From positions 9,920,001-9,984,000 of the forward strand of contig CM120641.1 in NCBI GenBank assembly GCA_051362555.1: a DNA stretch of 64,000 nt. Reading direction: 5' to 3'. Below are positions 27,480 through 37,340 of the stretch, in pieces. A program made the translations under genes and the position numbers. Origin of the DNA: Lingula anatina (taxonomy: Eukaryota; Animalia; Brachiopoda). The notes below the pieces were generated by a model that was given only the letters and a program-made list of their open reading frames with translations, made no database searches and was not told where the DNA came from. Positions within the stretch are counted from its first letter, which is position 1. Every line of letters starts with the position of its first letter.

Positions 27480-30124
27480 ATGGCGACGTCGGGCACGTCC
27501 GACACTATATCTCTTTTGGATATTCCACCAGAAATACTCGAAAGGATACTAAGTTGTCTCTCATACGAACAATTAAGCACATCAAGATTGGTAAGAATAC
27601 TGTTTTGTTAATAAATAGAAAGTTTGATCTATTAAATTGGTGTTCTAGATTTTGACAATACTCGTTATGAAATGTTTGGGAAATTCCCAGTGACGCGTCG
27701 ATTTAATGCGTTCTTTTATTGCAGAATATATTTCGAAAATCACAAATTCAAGGTTAAAAGTAACAACCGAATAACTTCAAAATGTTTTTCTTTACATATT
27801 TGGTATTATTTAAGGCCCAGTAGCTCTTAAATTTTCATTAATATTTCCGTCTGTGTCTCGGTATCAAATTAACTTGGTTGACATTTTACCATGAAAAATG
27901 TTTCACTTCACTGGCAAACATAATTAGACTTGGTTTTTTAATTATTTGAGTGTTTTACATTATTTCAGGTGTGTAGAACATTTGACCAACGTTGTCAGCA
28001 ACTCCTAAACCAGGGATTTACCAAAGTGGACAAGTTCCATGCACAGTGCCAAAAAGAACTGAAAGTTCAACTCCCTCGAAGAGAGTCAGAGAGGCGCAAT
28101 CATCCCCTTGCTCGCCATATTGACATCCTGGCTGCCATTGAAACTCGCCTGTCTCTCTTAGGAATGACGTATATGAAATATGTGGACCTGGGCCTGGCAT
28201 GTTTTATTCCTGGCAAGGTGAGTTTTTTTTTTTTTCCAGACAAAAATAGAACAAAGGGGTTTACTGGATGATTTGTTTCAATTTAAGTTGTACCTGGGAT
28301 CAAAATGTATTAAACTTTTAAAAGTTAAACTTTAAGGTGGGTAAAAAAAAATTGCATTGTGCCATGATTGTGGATATCCCCATGAATAATTAAAATTATT
28401 GCTTAATTTTGTAAGTAATTTCTTTACTTCCATTTCAAATGTAGGTCCTTGATGAACTCTTTAGAATTCTGCACTATGTAAAGAATGTGAACACTCCACC
28501 AAGGGCCCATGAACTTCTGCAAGAACTTAGAGACATATCCTCAATGGCTATGGAACACTTCGATGAAAAGATCCTCCCTCACGTTCGGCAAAAAATGACC
28601 CAGGCAGGAATTAGCCCAATTACTATGGCTTTTGCTAACAGAGCAGAAATAGCTGTCACACAACCAGGTGAATACTCATTTAATCTTTGGATTAGATTAA
28701 TACCCCATTCACACTACAGTTGCCAAAATGCGCATTTCTATAATTCGGATTTTTCGTAAGGAATCCGATTCGGTATTGCGTTCACACTCGCTAAGTGAAT
28801 CCGAATCCCATGTTGAAAATTTCAGGTTTAACTTCCTGTTTTGAACACTCGCGCATGCGCCGCACAGGAAATCTTCAAATACCAACAAAAATTTGTGACG
28901 ACAAATGCAACTCAGCAGACATTCCAGCATTCTTGAGAAGTATAAGGTGGCAAAATAAGTTTGTTTCCTCGTGTTGTAGTGAGTGGTGACCTCCAAATAC
29001 GTTTGGTGCAATCGCTAAAGTAATAAACAAGCGTTCATAGATATCCGCACTTATCAGCACACATGCGCAGTAAAATCTGTACAGGTGTCGATTCCGGTAA
29101 GTTATCCGGATCGCGCTTAGAAATCCACCTCGCTTGCAGGATTTTGAAAATGCGCATTACAAAAATCCTCTTGCGTTCACACTACTGCATTTATTCGAAT
29201 TGTAACCTAATTCGCAATTTATCCGGATAACTGAGCATAGTGTGAACGGGGTATAAGTTTCTCATGGCTAAGTGAATCCTCATTTTATAATTGGAACCAT
29301 ATTTTAGTTTTTGAGCAGTGCTGGTTTATGCACCACATAATTTAGAACATGTAAATTCTGATTGTGCAATAAGATTTTCTATGGTATATTAATATAATTA
29401 ATATACTAGTAAATAATAATTAGCTTGTATTAAAAAATGAAACTATAAGGAATACCTCAAAATAATATATTATATTTTAGGACCTGCATCAGCAAGGCCC
29501 ATCTTCACCCAAGAATCAAAACCTGCACCTACCCTAAGGCATAAAGCTGCAACTCCCCCTGGGTCACAAAAGATATGCCAGTTTATCAGGACCATTGGAA
29601 ACAACAACAAAAAAGACATATCTGAGTGTAAAAATACCGTGAAAGGGTTGAAACAAAGAGTAGCAGAGCAAGATCGAAGGATAAAGGAGCAAGAAGAAAA
29701 AGCAGAAATTCAAAACAGGAGGCTTGCCGAGCAAGAGCAGAAGATCATAGACATGAATCGCAAAATTCTGGAGTATGACCAAAAGTTTGTTGACCTTACT
29801 GCTGAGATCATGAAAGTGCGGGGTCAAGGCCTTGCAGCAAGCACGGGGAAATCGGCAGACAAGACAGGGACTGATATTTCAGTGTATCTTGCCCACGATG
29901 AGAAGCAGGATGAGAAGGAAAAAGATGGAATGGTATCCCAAGAGAGTGGGTACACATCAGATAATCAAAGCAGTGTGTTTGACAATGAAGAGGGATCTAC
30001 AAGTTGTACTCAAGTGATGAACAGATGCAGCCCTATTCAGCGTGGCAAAGGGAAGAGCACTAAAAAGCGCAAGTGGGACCAAGAGAAGGGGGATACCGTG
30101 GGCGTTAAGATTTTAAAATATTGA
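27480..30124 (+). CDS. FBXO28: F-box only protein 28, 4 exons, ~408 aa
   Basis: Exons 27480-27590, 27969-28217, 28445-28667 and 29481-30124 are in frame (1227 nt). F-box LLDIPPEILERILSCL; FBXO28 signatures LPRRESERRNHPLARH, CFIPGKVLDE and RAHELLQELRDISSMAMEHFDEKI; C-terminal coiled coil and basic NLS-like KKRK. Confidence 0.95.
28701..29253. mobile_element. Non-autonomous PIF/Harbinger-like element (553 bp) in FBXO28 intron 3
   Basis: TIRs TACCCCATTCACACTA / TAGTGTGAACGGGGTA, TAA TSD on both sides, and internal copies of GCGTTCACACT. Confidence 0.85.
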
Positions 30125-31470
30125 CTTACCAACGCTCTAGTTTTAGAACAACTATTGCATAAGGTTATAATCAACTTTCAATCACTTATCCTGCTGAATT
30201 CATTTTCTTTCACCTCATCATGTGCATATTCACCTCAACATATGTAGCAAGCCTAAACAAAATTGATGTGATTGATTTTTTGTGTTTGTATTGTATAAGT
30301 TTTTCTCCAAGATAGACCCCCCTTCAAAAAAAAAGAAAGAAAGAAAGAATCAATCATTGCTGCAATGATTTTGGAATTGGTTCTCATATTGCCATTTCTA
30401 ATTAATGCAGGGTATCTAATAAGGAAGTAGACGGTTTGAACCCATGAGGAGTTGACGGAAAATGGCAACTCAAAATGGCTACTAGTACTATTGTATTAAT
30501 CATGTAACATAATGGCGTGTCTGCATGTATTACCCAAGGGTGTTTCAGGCATGTTCTTTCAAGAATAAGGCCTTGGTTATTTAACCAGTAAGTATATATG
30601 CCCTTTCACCAAGGTGCATTTTCCATAAGAAATCAAATGTTAGAATGTATGAGGCTAATAATGAAAATTAAGCATTAAGCCAACATAAAGTGATAGATGG
30701 TGTTTCAAAGATGTTTGTTTTATATTATAAACATTTTACATGATTATACATTCATATGATAACAGCTTTTTGATGTATTGATGCTTAATTGTAATCTAAG
30801 ACTGAAACACATAGAATTTTGAGTGTTCAAGCTAGGAAGATACCGCAAATTTTCTTTGCTACACGCCATTATACTAATAACTTAGTAACAGTCCATTGTT
30901 TTTTAAAAAGGTTGTTAATGTCTTAATAATAAACTGGTATGCACAACTTACAGTACACTATGATTTAGTTTTGGCGTCACTGCAATTTTGATTAAAGTGA
31001 TTATCTTGAATTTCCTATTCAAACACTTTTCAACTTTGGATGATCTCACGGTTGGATATTTTTGACTCAAAAATACCTATAACTAAAAAACCAGTTTATA
31101 GGTTGGACTTACGTGAACGGTTTTGGATATGGTGCACTTCACTGATTAAAAGGAATGTGTTGAAATTTGCAGAAAATTTTTGCTATGAAAAAGGACCAAT
31201 GTTCAGTGTGCTTAAAAAGGAAGAGAAATGGTCGCGGAAGGTTATGTAAACTGATTCATTTGTTGATTTTGTGCTGTGTTTGTATCCATGTAAGCAACTC
31301 GAGTGCATATACATGCTCTCTTGAAATATCTATTCCTTGACAACCGTGCGACTGTTTAAATTGTGGATATCTTATATATTGTCCCTTGGAGAGAATGGCA
31401 TCTCGTTTTAGTTCAAAAACGAAAATTCTATAGATGTATATTTTCACTCAGATTCAGTATTAGATGTATA

Positions 31471-33128
31471 CACTGATGCTCATAAGTTAAGCAACAATTT
31501 CTTATTTTTCGAATTTCTCAGCAACCAAGATTTTTATTGAGGCAAAATTTGTACAGTAGCTAGATATTTCTCTTGTTTTTACTTTGACTTACTGGACCGT
31601 GACATTTGAATACTATTTACTGTTGGACACGGTAGAATATGCAATGGGGGTGCCACTTGCGAAAAACACAGTTTGGCCATGCCATGAAGGGCTTCCAGTT
31701 TGGCTAGTTTCATGGGCACAATTTGTTATATTGCACCAACTAATGGTTAGAAGAGGACTCAACGAGGTAATCAGATGGCAAATAACAGGAAGCTGGGGTT
31801 CAAAAAAGACAGATTGCAAGGCAACAAAAAAGTAGCACCAAGTCAAGTGTCCAAGCTGGTAGCAAAATGGTGCCAAACTCGTCATGTATTGGACAAGGCT
31901 CTTTCTGGTAGACCGCACGCAAGAGATGAACATGTCTGGTTCGATTATGCCACCAGGACCAGTTCATGTCGGCCAAACAACTGAGGAACATCTGGCCTGG
32001 ATTAGGAAGAGCTCTAATCAGAAGGCAATCAGTCAACAGGCCTTTTTTAGAAGATTAACTTCCATCTAAAAGACCTCGTCAAAAGCCACAGTCGACCAAA
32101 AGACACAAGCAAATAAGATTGGCATGAGCCAGATACCGAGAAAGATGGAATCTCAGGACTGGGCGAAAGGTCCTGTGGACTGAGGAGACCAGATTCACTT
32201 TGATGTATGCAGATGGTCGGCTAGGCGTCTGGAAAGGTCCAAACCAAGTGTTTCAGGATGATTGTGTTCTTCTGCGTGTTCAGGGTGGGGGAGTATTCGT
32301 CATAGTATGGTGCTGTTTCTCATATGATGAAAAATTGCCACTGTACGTCATTCAAGGGAGGTACCCTGGTCAACAATACAGAGACGAAATACATTTGGGG
32401 CGCATACAATCACACATTCCAGCAAATCCATGGAAGAAAAATCATTTTGGTGCAGGACAATGCGTCAAGCCAGAAAGCACGGTCCGTGCAAGACGCACTG
32501 CAACAGCACGGTATCCCAAATTTAGATTGGCCTGCAAAGTCGCCAATTCTCAATGGAATCGAACATGCTTAGGATATGATTGACAGGGCAGTAAATGAGA
32601 CACAACCTCCAGTTAGAAACATTAGATAGGTCCAGCAGGCAGTACATGAAGAATGGGACCGGCTACAAAGCAAGATTGGCAGAATTTGGTGGCAAGTTGC
32701 AGGAGACAATGTGAAGCTGTTGTTCAAAACCAGGGAAGGCACACCCGATATTTATTGCATAATAGACGACTAATCATCTATTATCTACAGTCTTCTTTTA
32801 TTAAAACTAATTCTTAGATGATTGAACTTTATTTTTTTATAATAAGCTGTTTTAGTCAGCCCGTACTTTTTGCTGTGTGAGCATACTTTTTTGACACATG
32901 GTTTGGCATATTTTAGTACCGTTTGGTTAATAAAGTTATTTTGATTATTACAGTAAGCTATGTCGTGTATTTCTTTAACCGAAATATTCAACTTGAATAA
33001 GTTATATATAAAACATGAAAAAAATATGCGTAATCCCACCAACAAATGAAATAATGATCATGATGGAAGAAACTGTTGAAAAAACCGGGGTGTTGCTTAA
33101 CTTATGAGCATCAGTCAGTGAATCAGTG
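31471..33128 (+). mobile_element. Full-length, inactivated Tc1/mariner (Tc1-like) transposon, ~1.66 kb
   Basis: TA-flanked ~26-bp TIRs CACTGATGCTCATAAGTTAAGCAACA / TGTTGCTTAACTTATGAGCATCAGT(..G) enclosing a broken transposase. Confidence 0.9.
31743..32752 (+). pseudogene. Tc1 transposase pseudogene with multiple frameshifts and stops
   Basis: Fragments MVRRGLNEVIRWQITG, SGRP, VLWTEETRF, QGGGVFVIVWCCFSY, LVQDNA, LDWPAKSPILNGIEH and C-terminal GRHTRY are decayed forms of the Tc1 WSDES, QDNA, WPxxSPDLNPIE and GGxTKY motifs. Confidence 0.88.
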
Positions 33129-33131
33129 TAT

Positions 33132-33397
33132 TTACCTCCGCCAAGGAGGTTATGTTTTCACCCCTGTTTGTTTGATTGTCCGTCTGTCTGTCTGGCATCA
33201 ACATAATTCAAAAAGTTATGGACCGATTTTGATGAAGTTTTCAGGAACTCTCAGAAGTGGGCCAAGGAACATATTATTAGTTTTTGGTGGTGATCCAGAT
33301 CAATAATCAATCAATAATCAATAATAAAAAATTAGGGGTGAAACGGTATTGGATGGAGACTTTGCTGCCTTGGCGGAGGTCTGAGTGCTTTTCTAGT
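33132..33397 (+). mobile_element. Helentron-associated non-autonomous element (HINE/DINE-1-like)
   Basis: 5' TTACCTCCGCCAAGGAGGTTATGTTTT, then a (GTTT/GTCT) microsatellite, core GGACCGATTTTGATGAAGTTTTCAGG, 3' inverted copy CCTTGGCGGAGGT and CTAGT end. Confidence 0.8.
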
Positions 33398-33580
33398 TGT
33401 TAAATATTTAGACTAAGTCGTGATAGTGCCATTTACGCACAGCATTTTAGAACATTTTACAATGGGAAATAGAATATAATTATTTTTCCTCAAATTTCAT
33501 TCTACTCCAGATATTTTGCTGTGTTCAATAATTATTACTGTCTAAACACTACATATTATTGAAATGAAAGTTGAAGTCCT

Positions 33581-34879
33581 CTATTCTGTGCCAAACCAAT
33601 TTGAGGGGATCGGGTTCCCGGTTTTTATGGAAGCTTCCAGACGAAGGCAGCCGACTTCTTTATAACCATTTCCTTCATCTTTCAGGTTCAGCTCCGCAAA
33701 ATAATCGCCCTAAATATAAAACGAAGAAAGACAATCACAGTTCTAGTCGTTATCATCTCAAAAAGTTTTCGGATAGTCATACATAGTAACCCCGATTTTC
33801 AGAGAAAAAAATCTTAACAGACGAAACGGTTAAGATTTGCCAGAAAGTTCTGATTATCTTAATAGATGATGTGTGAAACAAGCCAAACAAGTAGGGCATC
33901 TGCTCTATTCTACTTACTTATTTTTAATATCGTGATTTAATATTGATCATTATCATCATCATTATTGAACTAGATTAAAAAAGTAAACGTATTGTGAAAA
34001 ATGAAAAACAAGTTTACAATACTACAATTAAAAACCCCCCGTTAACTCCACGCGAAGGTATGATTAACTTGAAAATAAGAAATATGTAAAAACTCACATC
34101 AGGGAAGTTGAGGAACACTCCTTGCCAAGGAACTGGAAGTGATTCTGAGGTTGGAGGCAATACATAACGGTCTACCTCAATGGGGCACATGCAGCTTAAG
34201 CCAGCATCCGTTAACACGGTGGGACATCCCCATCTCAGGTTGTGGAAAAGCAGATAAGTACATGGATACGTGTACCCGGTCTTGTAGGCCTCCCTGAATT
34301 GAGAAAAAATTGTACGTCAAATCTTGGAAGGACGGCGTGTGCGAGTGGAGTTGGAGGCGTGGGAAAGAATGTTACTGATTTTTAGCAGCATTTCTTATTT
34401 ACGGGAATACACACACACTTATTTATTTATTTATTTATTTATTTACTTATTTATTTATTAAATGGTTATTCCTTAATAAAAATCAATAAAGAATTTTTAT
34501 TGTAATATTGAAAATTTATTTAGGCCACCCGAGGAGAAAAAAAACGAAAATGGATTTGTACACGGCTTTGTAATTGGCTGTGAAATTGACTTCGAAACGC
34601 CACCAAACTTTGTTTTATTAGCGCCCTGGAGTATTTTTCGTCCACAGTTCACCTTTTTTGCCTCTGGCATTGTCACGCCTAACGTTTAGCACTAACGTGT
34701 GAGAAAAAAATTAGACGCAGGCAAACGTAGGTGTACGTTGTATATCCGGAGGGAGATAAAATGTTTTGAGCATGTTAAAAGCAATTTTATACGCTGCTTG
34801 TATCTTCATTTGGATGCACTGGAAATGGGCTGCTTCCCACGCTCAAAGTTGCCCGTATAATCGATGTCACAAATGATAC

Positions 34880-34935
<56 letters not shown>

Positions 34936-35579
34936 TTGCTAGGTGTGACCATAGAAGAGTTTTCTCTACTTCTATGGTGTGACAGAGCCTAAAAGTACAC
35001 CAACGTATAAAATGAACTCTTACCACCACCGAACGAATTTCTTTGGTTCGAGGTCTTCCCATGGCCCGCGCACATTGGTTCTGAAGGTTATGTCGAGTTT
35101 TGTGCGAATGGGTACCTCATTTCTAACGGAGATATCGTAAGATAGCGTGCCCGGCTGAGTGATGTCCCATGGTACGGGGGAAAAACTATAGCGATTCACA
35201 AACAGAGAACGGTTTGGGTCTGTGCCTACAGAAACAAACAGAGAGGGCGTGAAGATTTGAACTTTTTTCCAAGACACTCAGTAATGTTAATGAAGGTTAC
35301 TGTCCATTCCAAAGAAAAACGCTCTTTTTATTCGAATCTTTTATATGTAATGAACACCGTAAACACAAAAAAGAAAAGAAAGAAAATCGAACCCATATCA
35401 AATTTACTTGTGTCAATATGAAATGATAGTTTTTTCAAATCAAAAATACCATGTCATTAATTGAGAATTTTTGTCCCAATCTGTAACATACCGCAGTCCG
35501 TGACTCTCAATCTCTGTAGAACGTCTTTAGAGTAGACGAAAGACACACAAAGCGCCACGACTACTGTTAGGAGCTTCAT
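33581..35579 (-). CDS. GM2 ganglioside activator-like (ML domain) secreted lipid-binding protein, 4 exons, 204 aa
   Basis: Exons (-) 35579-35492, 35225-35024, 34293-34098 and 33709-33581; GT-AG, phases 1/2/0, 615 nt. Protein: signal peptide MKLLTVVVALCVSFVYS, then TDCGTDPNRSLFV...FSPVPWDITQPG...GCPTVLTDAGLSCMCPIEVDRYVLP...GDYFAELNLKD...EVGCLRLEASI. This parallels GM2A [24 protein letters not shown] and GNY...LGCIKI. Confidence 0.85.
34883..34933. repeat. (TA)n microsatellite in intron 2 of the GM2A-like gene
   Basis: About 25 TA units read directly. Confidence 0.9.
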
Positions 35580-35737
35580 CTTGACTGAGACTTAAGAGAA
35601 AATAACGGGCTGTCTTCGTAGTAGTACTTATCACTGAGAATACACGATAAGGAACCAAGACTGGCTCAGGTAAGGCACCCTGTGTATCAGAGATTACTAG
35701 TAACTAGCACCCATGCGATTCCCAGTTCAAACAATAT

Positions 35738-36239
35738 AAGGCCTCGATCCCAATGAAACTATCGTTCTAACTATCTCCGCAAGTGCTCTAGCTGAGTGCA
35801 AGCAGCTTAACAGATAAACACGCGCACTCCTGGCGTTTTTAGTAAAAAAAAAAAAGAAAAGTTGGTAATTATACGAGAATGTTGAAAACAAGAGGAGGCG
35901 TGTCATTCAATAAAGCTGATTGCACTAAGCGAGAATCCCCGCAGAGTTGGGTCGATCCACGTAGACCAATAGTGTCTTTTGGGAATAGGCTTTCTTAAGG
36001 GCGTGTTCTACGTAGATCGATCCAACTCCGCCAGAACACTCGCTGAATGCAATCAGGTTAACAGATTAACACGCCCCTCTCTGGCGTTGAGTAAAATACA
36101 GAAAACCTGGTGATTATACAAGTAAGTTGGAAACAAGAGGAGACGTGTTAATCTGTTTATCTGTTTGCATTCAACGGGAGTCCCCACGGAGTTAGATCGA
36201 TCTTCGTAGGATCATAGTTTCATTTGGAATGGACCCTAA
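35738..36239. mobile_element. Tandem dimer of a degenerate palindromic (foldback/MITE-like) element
   Basis: Two ~250-bp related units. Each has inverted arms (TGCAAGCAGCTTAACAGATAAACACGC ... GGCGTGTCATTC..GCTGATTGCA; TGCAATCAGGTTAACAGATTAACACGC ... ACGTGTTAATCTGTTTATCTGTTTGCA). Outer ends CCCAATGAAACTAT / ATAGTTTCATTTGG. Confidence 0.6.
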
Positions 36240-37340
36240 GATTCTGAATTATATGACCCTCTTTATAATCAACAGATTAAATTTTGTACAATCAACTTGG
36301 ACCCGTCTGGTATTAATAACCAAAGTTAATTTAACAAGTTGTAATATATCCTACTCACACCTGACGTTGCGAATATATCTTTTTATTTTAACTCTGTTTG
36401 TTGTGAGGTGGACATGTAACTGCATGCCTTTTGTTGGATCTTGGTTAATCCATCTGCAGTGGTTTAATGCACTAATTTGGCTACAGCCTAGTTTGAACAT
36501 TGATAAATTAGGGTGAATAATGAGCTAAATAATATTCTGACAAAAATTTCAGGTGAGAAGAAATGACCTCAACAGTCACTCCCGACACGATGAAAACCTT
36601 ATCAGTACAACAGGTGTTTTTGTTCTCACGTGACTCACAGGGAGAACGGTATTCTACAGTTATGGATCCAAAATATATGAAATTAAACCCCTTGATGAGC
36701 ACATTTTACTAGGATGACACAAAATAAGACCAAATGTATTTCACAAGCAATGATTTTCAAAATATTAGTTTCAATTGTTTGACCGTAAAGCAATAACATA
36801 TAGATTCACAGGCTACAGGACGCTATACCCATTTTCTTTTCAGAATTCAAGATTGTAAACATATACTGTTTATAGATATACATTTCAGATAGATATACAG
36901 TATATAAGGAGGAATTAGGTGATCTTTATAAGCTTTACTCACAAAATGAAACGAAATCTGAAAAATTAACTTTCTTTGCTTGTCTTAGCTTTTTATTTAT
37001 TTATTTATTTATTTTATATGTGAAATTGTAAAACTTTACGAAATTCGTGTAGCAGTTCATATTTAAGACCAGCCTTGGTGTTTTTAGTTTTTTGACAGCT
37101 GAAAAAACACCGATCAAACGGGGTCAATTTAATAGTGGAGCAGAACCTGTAATGGTTAACTCTGGTCCCACACACATGCAGCAAAATACATGCATCGACA
37201 CGATCTATAGTAGCGTCACTAATGCAACTCCATACTCCTTTCTAACCTTTAAGGTCAAGCATAATTTTAAAAGCATTTTGCTTCTGCAGAAAATTCATTT
37301 TCTGTCAAAGCAACTAACATAACAATAACAGAAAACTGCG

